A DNA stretch of 64,000 nucleotides from Deltaproteobacteria bacterium (GTDB taxonomy: Bacteria > Myxococcota > Kuafuiibacteriia > Kuafuiibacteriales > Kuafuiibacteriaceae), in NCBI GenBank assembly GCA_040218735.1, contig JAVJQW010000070.1:128001-192000 (forward strand). The letters are read 5' to 3'. Positions 36,135 to 46,475 of this stretch are shown one piece after another; the stretch's first letter is position 1, and every line of letters begins with the position of its first letter. Position numbers and translations under genes: made by a program. The notes beneath the pieces are model-generated. The model saw nothing but the letters and a program-made list of their open reading frames with translations. It was not told where the DNA came from and did not search any database.

Positions 36135-37853
36135 GTGGCCTTCGACGACAGCGGCCTCGACGCCGACCAGCGCGCCGCCGTCCTCTGCGACGACGAACAG
36201 ATCCTGGTCCTCGCGGGCGCGGGGAGCGGCAAGACCAACACCCTCGTCCACCGCGTCGCGCGGCTCGTGGATCGCGGCGTGGCCCCAGAGCGGATCGTCC
36301 TCGCCACGTTCACCAACCGTGCGGCCCGGGCGATGATCCAACGGGCCGCCGCCCACCTCGGGTCGCGCGCCACGCGTGTCCGCGCCGGGACCTTCCACCA
36401 GCTCGCGTACCGCCACCTGCGCGAACGAGGCGCCGAGATCGGGCTCCCGGAGCGCCTCACCATCCTCGACCGCCGCGGCGCCGCCGCCGCGCTCGCGGAG
36501 GCCATCGAAGGCCCGCCACCGCCCGGGCTCCTCGACGTGCTCTCCTACGCCGTCAACGCGGACGTCGATCTCGCCCACGCCGCCCGCGTGCGCCGGTTCG
36601 AGTCGAACCTACCGCTCGAGGAGGTCGCGGACCGCTTCGCCGACGCCAAGGCGCGGCGCGGCGCGTTGGACTTCGACGACCTCCTGGTCGCCTGGGAGCT
36701 CCTCCTCCTGCGACGCCCCCCGACCGACGTCGACCACGTGCTCGTCGACGAGTTCCAGGACACCAACCCGATCCAAGCGCGCATCGCCGCGCGGCTCGGC
36801 GGTCATCGCTTCGCGGTCGGCGACGCGCTCCAGTCGATCTACGCGTTCCGCGGCGCGCGCCACGCGAACATCCTCGAGCTCGCCGACGATCCGCGCACGA
36901 CGGTCTTCACCCTCACCACGACCTACCGATGCCCGCCGGCCGTGGTGCGGATCGCCAACGCGATCGCGGCGCCGCTGCCGCGCGCGGAGCCTCTCGTCGC
37001 CGCACGATCGTCCGGGCCCGACGTCACCCACCTCGCGCCCTTCGACGAAGCCGACGAGGCGGAGCAGCTCACGAACACGATCCGCCGCCACCTCGAAGCG
37101 GGCGCGCGCCCCGGCGACATCGCGGTGCTCTTTCGCCTCCACAGCCACGGCGAAGCGATCGAAGCCGCCTTGGCACACGCCGCGCTCCCGTACGCGCTCC
37201 GCGGCGCGCGACGTTACTTCGACGCGACCCCACTGCTATCGGCCTACCTCGCGGTGCTCGCCGGCGAGGCGGACGACGACGCCTGGCGCGCTGTCATCCG
37301 CGCCGAACCCGGCGTCGGCGCGGTCACCGCGGATCGCGCGCTGGTCGCGACGAACCGCGAGGCCCCGTTCACGTTCCTCCGGCGCGTCCCGAACCTCGTC
37401 CCCCTCGCCCATCGGCTCGACGACCTGCTCCATCGCTCACCCGCCGAAGCGATCGAAGCCCTCCTCGACTCGCCGCCGTTCGCCGAGCACCGCGCCGTAC
37501 TCGGGCCCGTGGCGCACCTCGCGCGCGAGCACTCCCGGTTCACGGACCTGCTCGCCGACGTCGCGCTCGCATCGGAGCCTCTCGACGACGGACGCGACCA
37601 CATCACGCTCAGCACCGTGCACCAGGCGAAGGGTTTGGAGTGGCCGATCGTCGCGGTGCTCCGCGTGAACGACGGCGCCTTCCCACCGTCCCACGCGGAG
37701 GACGAAGACGAGGAGCGCCGCCTCCTCTTCGTCGCCGCGACGCGCGCGAAGGACTCCCTGATCCTCTCCGTGCCGCGCGCCGCGATGACCCCGTCGGGCC
37801 CCCTCCCCGCCGCGCCTTCGCGGTTCATCGCGGGCCTGCTCAGCGAACGGTGA
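36135..37853 (+). CDS. UvrD/Rep/PcrA family ATP-dependent helicase
   Basis: 'LAGAGSGKT', 'TFTNRAA', 'GTFH', 'VDEFQDTN', 'QSIYAFRGA', 'STVHQAKGLEW', 'EERRLLFVAATRA'. Confidence 0.92.
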   Translation: MAFDDSGLDADQRAAVLCDDEQILVLAGAGSGKTNTLVHRVARLVDRGVAPERIVLATFTNRAARAMIQRAAAHLGSRATRVRAGTFHQLAYRHLRERGAEIGLPERLTILDRRGAAAALAEAIEGPPPPGLLDVLSYAVNADVDLAHAARVRRFESNLPLEEVADRFADAKARRGALDFDDLLVAWELLLLRRPPTDVDHVLVDEFQDTNPIQARIAARLGGHRFAVGDALQSIYAFRGARHANILELADDPRTTVFTLTTTYRCPPAVVRIANAIAAPLPRAEPLVAARSSGPDVTHLAPFDEADEAEQLTNTIRRHLEAGARPGDIAVLFRLHSHGEAIEAALAHAALPYALRGARRYFDATPLLSAYLAVLAGEADDDAWRAVIRAEPGVGAVTADRALVATNREAPFTFLRRVPNLVPLAHRLDDLLHRSPAEAIEALLDSPPFAEHRAVLGPVAHLAREHSRFTDLLADVALASEPLDDGRDHITLSTVHQAKGLEWPIVAVLRVNDGAFPPSHAEDEDEERRLLFVAATRAKDSLILSVPRAAMTPSGPLPAAPSRFIAGLLSER

Positions 37854-38259
37854 AGAACATCGCGGCGCGCGCGGAGAGCTTCACGCCGATCCCGCGCACG
37901 CGTCGAAGATCTTCGACGGACGTGAACGGACCGTAGAGCGCGCGGTCCTCGACGATCCGCGCCGCGAGCTTCGCGCCGATCCCGGGCACCATCTCGAGGT
38001 CTTCGGCCGTCGCCTCCGCGAGCGCGATCTTGCGTCCCGCCCACAGCCCCTGGACCGGCGCGAGCGCAGCCCCCGCGACCCCACAACGCACGGCGCCGTC
38101 CACCCGCGCCGCGTCCTCGCAGACCGGCATCGGCGTGAGCGTCTCGGCCGGGAGCCACAGCCGACCCACCGACGGGACCAGACACAGCACCGCGAGGATC
38201 GCGAGCGCGTAGACACGCGTCACTTCGCGGGTGTTGAGGCGGACCACCGCGGCGAGCAT
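37840..38259 (-). CDS. ComEA-like helix-hairpin-helix DNA-binding protein
   Basis: 'ATAEDLEMVPGIGAKLAARIVEDR...GPFTSVEDLRRVRGIG'; N-terminal TM. Confidence 0.85.
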   Translation of the reverse strand: MLAAVVRLNTREVTRVYALAILAVLCLVPSVGRLWLPAETLTPMPVCEDAARVDGAVRCGVAGAALAPVQGLWAGRKIALAEATAEDLEMVPGIGAKLAARIVEDRALYGPFTSVEDLRRVRGIGVKLSARAAMFFTVR

Positions 38260-38295
38260 AGCCGACCCGCGGCCCGCCCCGCGCGCGGAATTCGT

Positions 38296-41200
38296 TCAGT
38301 GCCGCAGCTTCGCCTCGAGCTTTTCGATGCGGGCCTCGACGGCGCCGCGCTTCTGCGATTTCGGCGCGAGCACGAGGAAACGTTTGTAGGCGTCGAGCGC
38401 CGCCCGGAGGTCGGAGAGCTTTTCGTACTTCCGGCCGAGGTTCCAATACACACACGACGCGTTCGGGTGCTGCCCCTCCAACGCCTCCAGCGCGCGGACC
38501 GCCTCGCGGTTGTTGTCGAGGTGGTTCCGGAGGATGGCGACGCACTTGTCGTTCGGCGTCATGTCGTCGGTGATCGGGATCGTCTTCTTCTTGTTCTCGA
38601 CGGGCGCGAGCTTCGCCGCCGGAGCGCTGCGTTTCGGCTCCGTCGACGGGGGCGGCGCCGGCGGCGGATCCGCGCGCCGCGGCCGCCACGCGCCCAGCGC
38701 GGCGAGCGCGACCTTCGCCTTGTCGGCCTCCAGCGTGGTCGAGTGCAGCCTGCGCAGCTCGCGGTAGTGTTTGATCGCCTCGGCGTTGTCGCCGGTGTCC
38801 CGCAGCGCGTCCGCGTAACCGAGGAGCGCCTCCGCGTGCAGCTCGTCGGACGGGTCGAGCTGCGCCACCGCCGCGGCGTACAGACGCACCGCGTCCTCCA
38901 GGTGGTTCGACGCACGCGCCGCGACGGCGTCGCGGTACTGCTCCTTCGCCGCGCGCGGCCGCTGCAGCGGCGGGTCCATGGTGTCGGAATTCACCGTGAC
39001 CACGCGGGGCGCGATCTTCGGGCCCCCCTCCTCCGCCGTCTCGGCGGCGCCCGTGTAGGTGACCTTCTTCGGTGACGGCTGTTTGAGCCGGCCGAGGAAC
39101 AGCCCGATCGCCACCGACGCGAGCGTGGCGGACAGCAGCAGGATCCCGCGGCGCCGGATCATCCGCATCCGGTCCTCGGGCGCGTTCGACAGCGGCTTGC
39201 CCGTCACGCGCACCTGCACGGGGTTCGGGCGCTTCCGCTCCGCGTTCGGCGCGCGGTCCGTGCCAAACGTCTTGCGCGCCACCGCGGCGCTGCGCGGGAC
39301 GTCCAGCTCCGGCATCGAGCCCGAGCCGGGGTCGAGCTCGATCTCCCGCCCGACGCCCTCGACGTGCACGTCCGTCGGGTTCGCCTCCGCTGGATCCTGC
39401 ACCTGGCTGTCGCCGCGCGCCCGGACGACGTCACCCGTGACCGGCGCGCCCGTCACCACCGGCGCCTCCCCGCCCTTCGGGAGCTGGAACCCGGTCTGCG
39501 TGGGGAGCTCGTCCGGCTTGAGCGCTTCGAGCGGCGCCGGCTTCACGACGACATCGTCTTCGTCGACCAGCGACGCCTCGATGCGCGACGAACGTTTCTT
39601 CTTCGCCGGCTGCGCGCGGATGACCTGCTCGGTCTCCACGTTGCCCTGGTGCGATCGCAGCGGCGCGTTGCGAATGTTCGAAGGCACCCGCCGCGACGGG
39701 TCCGCCACCGTCTCGGCGTCGTGGCCCTCGTCGGTCGATTCGTCGTTCGACAGCGAGTGCGAAGCGTAGATGTCCGGCGCCGGCTCGCCATCCGCGGTCT
39801 TGTCGCTGTCGCCGAGCGGCACCGCGAGCGAGGGTGAAGTGTCGTCGCCCGGCATCGGGCCGAAGGACGGTTCGAGCTCCTCCGCGATGAGGTCCGCGAT
39901 TTGCGGCTTGCCGCCGGGCATCAGCTCGCGCGTCTCGCGCTGCAGCGCGAGCTCGGGCCGCGTACCGAGGACGTCCGCGACGCGCACCGGCGCCTCGCGA
40001 TGTGAAGGCGCGATCTCCGTCTCGCCGTCCGAGATGCCCGACGACGTCACCGCGTCCACGTCCGACGCCGAGGGCCTCGGCAGCGGTGGGGGCGTCACCT
40101 TCGTCGGCATCGGCGGCGGCTGGACCGCGTTCTCCAGCAGCTCCGTCTCGGGCGGCGCGCTGGGCGGACGCGCCGGCAGCCGGTGCTCCGCCTCCGTCTC
40201 CTCGGGGGGCGGCGCGGCGACGCGACCGGTGTCCTCGTCGTCCGCGTGGTGATGCGGCGCGAGCGGCGTCGGCGCCGACGGGCTCGTCGTCTCGCGCTCG
40301 CTCGTCGCCTCCTCCTCGAGATCCCGCGGCGTCGCCGCGTCCGAGACGAAGAAGAGCGACTGGACGTGCCGCAGCGCCTGCGCGGCCTCACCCGCCGTCG
40401 CGTAGCGCGCGGCCGGGTCCTTCGCGAGCATCCGGTCGATGACCTGCGAGAGCGCCTGCCCGCTGGGTGTGTCGCGCCCGAGCTTGGGGTGCGACGCCTT
40501 CGCGATCTTGTCGATGACCTCGTAGACGTCCTCGCCGACGAACGGCGCTTCACCGGTCAGCATCGTGAAGAGCAGGACGCCGAGCGAGAAGATGTCGGCG
40601 CGCCCGTCGATCGCGATCTCTTTTTCGCGGAGGCGCTCCGGCGCCAGATAACTCGGCGTCCCGAGGATCTGCCCCTGACGCGTCAGCGCGACGCTCCCGG
40701 TCTTGGCGATGCCGAAGTCGAGCAGCACCGCCTCGCGCTCTCCGCGCAGGAAAATGTTCGAAGGTTTGATGTCGCGGTGGATGATCCCGCCGTCGTGACT
40801 CAGCTGGAGCGCCTCCGCGATGTCCGCCGCGATGGTGACCGCGACGTCGTCCTCGAGGCGGTGCTCCTCGCGCAGCACCCGCGCGAGCGAGCGCCCGTCG
40901 AGGTACTCCATCACGTAGTAGTACAGCGACGGGACCCGGCGGTTCGTCACCGGGTCGAGCTCACGCTCCATCCCCGAGTCGTGAATCGTGACGATCGCCG
41001 GGTGGTGCAGCCGACCGACCACCTTCACTTCGCGCTTGAAGCGTTCGATGACCTCCTCGCGCTCCTCTTCGGGCACGAGGTCGGGTTCGATCGTCTTGAT
41101 CGCGACGCGCCGATCGATGCCCGGGTCCCAGGCCTCGTACACCACGCCCATCCCGCCGCGGCCGAGCTCGCCGACGACGACGTAGCGCCCGACGGTCAGT

Positions 41201-41349
41201 CGCGATTCGGGGTGCCGAGTCCGCGCCGCCAGACGCTCCACCACCGACGACGGGAGGTCGTCCACGTCGAGCCCGACGCGGTCGAGGACTTCATCGACGC
41301 GGGCTCGCACCTGGCCGTCGGCCAGGGCGGCTGAAGAGGGATCGACCAC
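38296..41349 (-). CDS. Transmembrane Ser/Thr protein kinase with extracytoplasmic TPRs
   Basis: GRGGMG, VAIK, HRDIKPSN, DFG, YLAPE; ~400-aa disordered linker; TM; TPRs. Confidence 0.92.
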   Translation of the reverse strand: MVDPSSAALADGQVRARVDEVLDRVGLDVDDLPSSVVERLAARTRHPESRLTVGRYVVVGELGRGGMGVVYEAWDPGIDRRVAIKTIEPDLVPEEEREEVIERFKREVKVVGRLHHPAIVTIHDSGMERELDPVTNRRVPSLYYYVMEYLDGRSLARVLREEHRLEDDVAVTIAADIAEALQLSHDGGIIHRDIKPSNIFLRGEREAVLLDFGIAKTGSVALTRQGQILGTPSYLAPERLREKEIAIDGRADIFSLGVLLFTMLTGEAPFVGEDVYEVIDKIAKASHPKLGRDTPSGQALSQVIDRMLAKDPAARYATAGEAAQALRHVQSLFFVSDAATPRDLEEEATSERETTSPSAPTPLAPHHHADDEDTGRVAAPPPEETEAEHRLPARPPSAPPETELLENAVQPPPMPTKVTPPPLPRPSASDVDAVTSSGISDGETEIAPSHREAPVRVADVLGTRPELALQRETRELMPGGKPQIADLIAEELEPSFGPMPGDDTSPSLAVPLGDSDKTADGEPAPDIYASHSLSNDESTDEGHDAETVADPSRRVPSNIRNAPLRSHQGNVETEQVIRAQPAKKKRSSRIEASLVDEDDVVVKPAPLEALKPDELPTQTGFQLPKGGEAPVVTGAPVTGDVVRARGDSQVQDPAEANPTDVHVEGVGREIELDPGSGSMPELDVPRSAAVARKTFGTDRAPNAERKRPNPVQVRVTGKPLSNAPEDRMRMIRRRGILLLSATLASVAIGLFLGRLKQPSPKKVTYTGAAETAEEGGPKIAPRVVTVNSDTMDPPLQRPRAAKEQYRDAVAARASNHLEDAVRLYAAAVAQLDPSDELHAEALLGYADALRDTGDNAEAIKHYRELRRLHSTTLEADKAKVALAALGAWRPRRADPPPAPPPSTEPKRSAPAAKLAPVENKKKTIPITDDMTPNDKCVAILRNHLDNNREAVRALEALEGQHPNASCVYWNLGRKYEKLSDLRAALDAYKRFLVLAPKSQKRGAVEARIEKLEAKLRH

Positions 41350-41426
41350 CGGCCCGAGCGATCCTAGGGGCCCGAAAGATCTCGGTCAATCGAGCGGTCA
41401 AACGGGTGGTGCGCCCGAAGGCTCGG

Positions 41427-42365
41427 TCAGGGGACCTGAACCTGCACGGGGCCCGGCACGAGCGTGAACTTCGCGGGGAGACGGCCCGGTTGCTCGCCGT
41501 CCACGTCCAGCAGCACACGATCGGAGGACTCGGCCTCCACGGTGACCCCTCGGCGTGTGTTCACGGAGTCCCACTGCGCCATCTTGCCGCTGTAGAGGTC
41601 CCCCACGTTGAGCACCTCCTTCACCCCGGTGCGCTCTTGGACCACCACGTCGAACTGGCCGTCGTCGATCTCGGCGTTCTGCGCGAACCGCATCCCACCC
41701 CCGAAGTACTGCCCGTTCGCCACGGCGCAGGTGACCAGGAGCCCATCGTGCAGCGGCGCGCCGTCGACCGAGATGCGCACCGACGTCCGGCGGTAACTCG
41801 CCATCGCCCGCCCCACCCCGAGCATGAACGACGCCTTGCCGCCGAGGGCCTTGCTGCTGTGGTTGACCTTGTCGACCACCACGCCCGACAGCCCGAAGCT
41901 CGCGATGTTCAGGAACGCGCGCCGCCCGGGGCGGCCGTCGTGGTCCACGTACTCCACCAGCCCCAGATCACACGTGCGGGTCTTGCCGCTCTTCAGGTGC
42001 GCGACGGCCTCCGGGATCTTGTGCGACAGGTCGAGGTAACGCGCGAAGTCACCGCCGGTGCCGGCGCGGATCGACGCGAGGACGAGGCCGGTTTTGGTGG
42101 GGGCGTCGCCGATCCCCATCGCCTCGTCCGCCGGGAACAGGCCGTTCACGACCTCGTTCATCGTCCCGTCGCCGCCGACGCAGGCGATGCGCTCGTACCC
42201 GGCCTCGACCGCTTCGCGCGCGAGCCGCGTCGCGTCGCCGGGCGCGACGGTGAACTGGTTGTCCCAGCGCTCCAGCACGTCGTCGAGGGCCGCGCGGATC
42301 TCCGGCCAGTGGCGACCCGTCGCGCCGTTGGCGCTCGCGGGGTTGACGATGACGCACGTGTACAT
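41427..42365 (-). CDS. Diacylglycerol kinase family (YegS/DgkB-like) lipid kinase
   Basis: 'IVNPAS', 'GGDGTMNEVVNG', 'GTGGDFAR', 'YFGGG', 'DGE'. Confidence 0.92.
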   Translation of the reverse strand: MYTCVIVNPASANGATGRHWPEIRAALDDVLERWDNQFTVAPGDATRLAREAVEAGYERIACVGGDGTMNEVVNGLFPADEAMGIGDAPTKTGLVLASIRAGTGGDFARYLDLSHKIPEAVAHLKSGKTRTCDLGLVEYVDHDGRPGRRAFLNIASFGLSGVVVDKVNHSSKALGGKASFMLGVGRAMASYRRTSVRISVDGAPLHDGLLVTCAVANGQYFGGGMRFAQNAEIDDGQFDVVVQERTGVKEVLNVGDLYSGKMAQWDSVNTRRGVTVEAESSDRVLLDVDGEQPGRLPAKFTLVPGPVQVQVP

Positions 42366-42380
42366 GGCTGGCCCTCGGTA

Positions 42381-43511
42381 TCAGATCTGCGCGAGCAACG
42401 TCGTCGGATCCACGATCTCGATCCGGGGGTCGACCGACTTGAGGTGCGCCGCGCAGCGCGGGCTCGAGACCGCGAGCCGCTCCGCGCCCGTCGCGCGGAA
42501 GGCTTCGATGCGGGCCTCGGCCATCGCGGTCGCCGTGCCGGGCGCCGACAGCGGCAGCAGGCCGGCCGCGCCGCAGCAGTCCAGGGGCCCGCCCGTCGCG
42601 GCCGCGCCCAACTCGATCGGCGGTGTGCCCAGCGCGTGCGCGAGGATCGTCCGCGGGGCGTCGCGCTCGCCGAGGCCGCGGCTCAGGCCGCAGGTCTCGA
42701 GCAGCGCGGTCTTCGGGATGTCGGGGCGGACGCTGTGGTTCGGGAGGCGGCGCGCGAGGAACGTCGACACGTGCTCGATCTTCGCCGTCACCTTCACCCC
42801 GACGTCGGCGTACCGGTGTTTCAGCGCGTGCCCGCAGGCGGCGTCGTGCACGACGATCTTTTCGGCGCCCTGAAGCTGCGAAGCGAAGCGCGCCGCGTGC
42901 CCCGCGAACCCGTCGAGCTCCCCCGCCCAGAACAGCGGCAGCCCACAGCACCCGCTCGAGCTCGGCGTCAGCGCGACCTTCCGCGCGCCGAACAACGACG
43001 CCGCGCGGAGGAAGCTCACCGCCGCGTCCGGCTCGGAGGCGATCGTCTCGCAGCCCGGCAGGTACACGGTCGGCGCGGTGCGGTGGACCGGCGCGCCGGC
43101 CGCCTCGGCGATGCGTCGCACGGGCCCCTCGAGCGAGGTCCCCTGCGGGTTCCCGGAGACACCGAAGTGTCCGCACACCTCGCGCACGCCCGCGGGCGCC
43201 CCGCCCTCCGTCACGACCCGCTGGCGGGCCATCGAGAGGACGAGCGGGACGTCGTTGTCGTGCAGGCACGTCTCCGTACACGCGTGGCAGTGCGAGCAGT
43301 GGTACGGCAGCGTCCGCACCGTCTCGACCGTCGCCCGGCGGGTCTTGAGGAGCCCGGAGAGGATCGTGAGGCGGTGCGGCGAGCTCGTCTCGCGCGCCTC
43401 GGCCTCCGCGACCGGGCAGGACCAGCGACACAGCGTCGGGCACGTGGTGCAGGTGTCGATCGCCTTGTCCTCGCGTTCGTCGAGGACCGCGAGCAGCGGG
43501 GACTTGGTCAC
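42381..43511 (-). CDS. Fe-S oxidoreductase with two CCG domains (GlcF/GlpC-like)
   Basis: CTTCPTLCRWSCP, CSHCHACTETC, 'GCCG', 'DCCG'. Confidence 0.85.
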   Translation of the reverse strand: MTKSPLLAVLDEREDKAIDTCTTCPTLCRWSCPVAEAEARETSSPHRLTILSGLLKTRRATVETVRTLPYHCSHCHACTETCLHDNDVPLVLSMARQRVVTEGGAPAGVREVCGHFGVSGNPQGTSLEGPVRRIAEAAGAPVHRTAPTVYLPGCETIASEPDAAVSFLRAASLFGARKVALTPSSSGCCGLPLFWAGELDGFAGHAARFASQLQGAEKIVVHDAACGHALKHRYADVGVKVTAKIEHVSTFLARRLPNHSVRPDIPKTALLETCGLSRGLGERDAPRTILAHALGTPPIELGAAATGGPLDCCGAAGLLPLSAPGTATAMAEARIEAFRATGAERLAVSSPRCAAHLKSVDPRIEIVDPTTLLAQI

Positions 43512-46390
43512 GGCGACACCTCCCGCTCGCGAAACACCCCCGTCGGATCGAGCGCCTCGGTGAGCTTCTCGCGGATGTCGTCCCAGGTCGCGGCGCGCCG
43601 CTCGGGATCGTCGATCGGGACGTCGCGCCAGTTGTCGCCCGTGGAGGTGCTGAAGTTGTCTTCGTCGCTCGCCATGTCCCGCGTCCCCGCGAGGATACGC
43701 CCGCCGGACTCCGCGCCGGCCTTCGCCGTCGCCAGCCGCGTGTCGCGGTCCACGACCCGGGCCACGACCGTCACGCCCTCGGGGGCCATGAAGTCGAGCC
43801 AGGCCTCACCGCCCGACGCCGCCTGCATCGCCTCGAAGGTCGCCGCAGCGCGGGTCCACAGCGCCGCGACCTCGACCACCGCGTCGAACCGCCCGCCCTC
43901 TGCGGAGTGATCGTCCGACGCCTCGTGGGAGGACGACTGCGCGACGGTGGACGACACGATCGTCTGCTGCGCGCGCATGATGGAGGGCTCGGCCGCGACG
44001 AGGCGCAGCGACAGCACCGCGCCGCCGTCCTCCGCGAAGACCCGGCCCGCCGCCGGTTTCACCCCGCGCTGCAGGATGATCCGCGCGCAGTCCGTCGCCT
44101 CTGCGATCGACGCGAGGCGGTACGTCACGTCGCGCACGTGCCGAGGCCGCGCGGCGACCCGGAGCGTGGCCTTGGTGATCACGCCGAGCCGCCCCAGCGC
44201 ACCGATCAGCGCCTTGTCGAGCTCCGGGCCCGTCGCGGAGCGCGGCACGGGGCGGGTCTCGATCGGCGCACCGTTCGCGAGGAGCCCGCGCACGGCGAAA
44301 CACGGGTCCGCGATGTCGCCGAACGCCACACCGCGCCGGACGAGCAGGTTCCGCGACAGCGCCGCCCCGACCGAGCGCATCACCGAGCGCGGGTGCACCG
44401 GACCGAGCGTCAGGTCGTGCGCAGAGAGGAGCGCCTCCAAGCGATCCACGATCACGCCGGACTCCACCTCGACGAACAGCGAGTGCTCCGAGAGCCGCGC
44501 GACGCCCTCCAGGCGCCGCAGATCCACGTGAACCGCACCCGTCGGTGCGCGGAACCCGGTCTGGTCCGTGACGACCGCGATCCCGCGCGGGTGCGCCACG
44601 CGCAGCACGGCGGCCAGCGCGCTCTCGTCCGGCGGGCGCACCGTGGTGCGGCTGCCCGAGACGATCAGGTTCTTCTCCCCGACCGCCGCGACGATCTTCT
44701 CCGGGAAGTGCTGCTCCGCGCCGACGGCCGTCGGCGGGACACGCCGCGGCGGTGGGCGGCGGTGCCGCTCCAGCCCGAGTTTGTTGGGGTTGAGGATGCC
44801 GGTGGGATCAAACGCGTCCTTGAGCGCCGACAGCACGCGCATCCCGCCCGGCCCGTGCTCGCGCGCCATCCCCGCGGCCTTCGACTCGCCGACACCGTGG
44901 TGGTGGGAGATGGTGCCCTGCGACTCGTGCACCGCGACGAGCGCGTTCTTCCAGATGCGGTCGTAGCGCTCGAGCGCCTCCTCGGGGTGCTTCGGATCCG
45001 AAGCCACCCCCGCGAACGTGAAGTAGATCGAGCAGCCCTCACCGTAAGCGTGAGAGAAGTGCGCCATCACCACGGCATCCTTGGCGATGGCGCGCCGGAC
45101 GGCCTTGAACATCGGCAGCAGCCGATCCCACGTGCTCGCGACCTCCATCGTGTCGACGAAGAGCCCCGAGGCGTACACCTTCGAAGCCTTGAAGGACATG
45201 TTGTAGCGGTTCGCCAGCCAGTGCTCGCCGGGGCCCGGCCCGAGATCCTTCGCGCCCTCCGCGGCGCAGATGACCTTCGCGGTCTCCATCTCGGCGGCGA
45301 CCAGCGCGGGGTGGCCTTCGAAGCCGAGGATCAGGAGCGCGTCGTCGGGGAGCACGTCGATCGCCCGGTTGAGGACCAGCGGCGATCCCATCACGGCGCG
45401 CACCGTCCCGCGCATCAGCGAGCCGCGCAGCCGTTCGGAGAGGTTCGTGACGCCGAGCTTCGGGATGCGGCGCGCGATGTCGTCGAACATCCCCTGCGCG
45501 CGGGTCGCGAGGGCGTCGATCGAGCCGACGCCGTCGTCGGCCTCCTCCTCCGCGCCGTGCCCTCGGCCGAGCATCGTGTCGAGCGCGTCGTACAGGCGGA
45601 CGACGGACGGCCGCAGCCCCGCGCGGAGCATCCGGCGAATGGCGTCGAGGCCGGCCTGCACGCTCGGGAACTCCATCCCGGCCATGCGTCGCGCCGCGGG
45701 GATCGGGCGTATGCGCAGCTCCGCCGCGGTGATGATCCCCAGGGTCCCCTCGGACCCGACGACGAGCTGGTTGAAGTCCGGCCCCTCGACGGGGCGTGGG
45801 CCGAGCATCATCCGCCGCACGCGCCCGCGGGTCACGACCTCCAGGCCGTGGGTCATGTCCTCGATCTTCCCGTAGAGCGTCGACATCTGCCCGGCGCTGC
45901 GCGCGGCGAGCCAACCACCGACCGTCGAGCAACCGATCGACGACGGGAAGTGACCGAGCGTGAACCCGCGCGCGTTCAACATGCGCTCGAGGCGCTCGCC
46001 GATGATGCCGGACTCGACCTCCAGTCGCAGGTTGTCGCCGTCGAGTTCGCGGATGCGGCGCATCCGCTTGAGGTCGAGGACGATGCCCCCGTCGGTCGGG
46101 CGCGCGCCGCCGCAGACCCCGGAGCCCGCGCCGTAGGGCACGATGGGGACGCCGACCTCGTCGGCGAGGTGCAGGATTCGCGCGACCTCCTCCGCGGACT
46201 CGGGCCACACCACACACGAGGGCGCCGAGGGGACGGTGCCGGCGCGCATCTGCAGGATGTCGCGCGGCCAGCAGTCGTGGCTGTACGCGATGCGATCCGC
46301 GTCGAGGCTGGACACGTGCTGGGCACCGACGATGCGAGCCAGGTCTACGATGAGCGCGGCATCCGCCGCGGGTCGAGCCAACAGCGCCAA
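43508..46390 (-). CDS. FAD-linked oxidase (alkyl-DHAP synthase-like) fused to a second, degenerate FAD-binding module
   Basis: 'PYGAGSGV', 'LGHFPSS...TVGGWLAARSAGQ.S..YG.IED', 'GSEGTLG', 'HHHGVG', 'FDPTGILNP'; second copy 'PRSATGPEL...G.LGRLGVIT...LDPTGVF'; start approximate. Confidence 0.85.
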   Translation of the reverse strand: MALLARPAADAALIVDLARIVGAQHVSSLDADRIAYSHDCWPRDILQMRAGTVPSAPSCVVWPESAEEVARILHLADEVGVPIVPYGAGSGVCGGARPTDGGIVLDLKRMRRIRELDGDNLRLEVESGIIGERLERMLNARGFTLGHFPSSIGCSTVGGWLAARSAGQMSTLYGKIEDMTHGLEVVTRGRVRRMMLGPRPVEGPDFNQLVVGSEGTLGIITAAELRIRPIPAARRMAGMEFPSVQAGLDAIRRMLRAGLRPSVVRLYDALDTMLGRGHGAEEEADDGVGSIDALATRAQGMFDDIARRIPKLGVTNLSERLRGSLMRGTVRAVMGSPLVLNRAIDVLPDDALLILGFEGHPALVAAEMETAKVICAAEGAKDLGPGPGEHWLANRYNMSFKASKVYASGLFVDTMEVASTWDRLLPMFKAVRRAIAKDAVVMAHFSHAYGEGCSIYFTFAGVASDPKHPEEALERYDRIWKNALVAVHESQGTISHHHGVGESKAAGMAREHGPGGMRVLSALKDAFDPTGILNPNKLGLERHRRPPPRRVPPTAVGAEQHFPEKIVAAVGEKNLIVSGSRTTVRPPDESALAAVLRVAHPRGIAVVTDQTGFRAPTGAVHVDLRRLEGVARLSEHSLFVEVESGVIVDRLEALLSAHDLTLGPVHPRSVMRSVGAALSRNLLVRRGVAFGDIADPCFAVRGLLANGAPIETRPVPRSATGPELDKALIGALGRLGVITKATLRVAARPRHVRDVTYRLASIAEATDCARIILQRGVKPAAGRVFAEDGGAVLSLRLVAAEPSIMRAQQTIVSSTVAQSSSHEASDDHSAEGGRFDAVVEVAALWTRAAATFEAMQAASGGEAWLDFMAPEGVTVVARVVDRDTRLATAKAGAESGGRILAGTRDMASDEDNFSTSTGDNWRDVPIDDPERRAATWDDIREKLTEALDPTGVFREREVSP

Positions 46391-46475
46391 GACGTGCCGC
46401 GATCTACACCGTCGGCGCACCCAGAGCAAAAGGACGGGCTTGCCTCGGCCCCGCGCCCTCGGCATGTGAGGGCGC

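Noticed and set aside
34824-37853. Genomic island at tRNA-Ala, or a UvrD-based defence system
   Set aside because: No integrase, no duplicated tRNA 3' end seen, no partner nuclease or ATPase.
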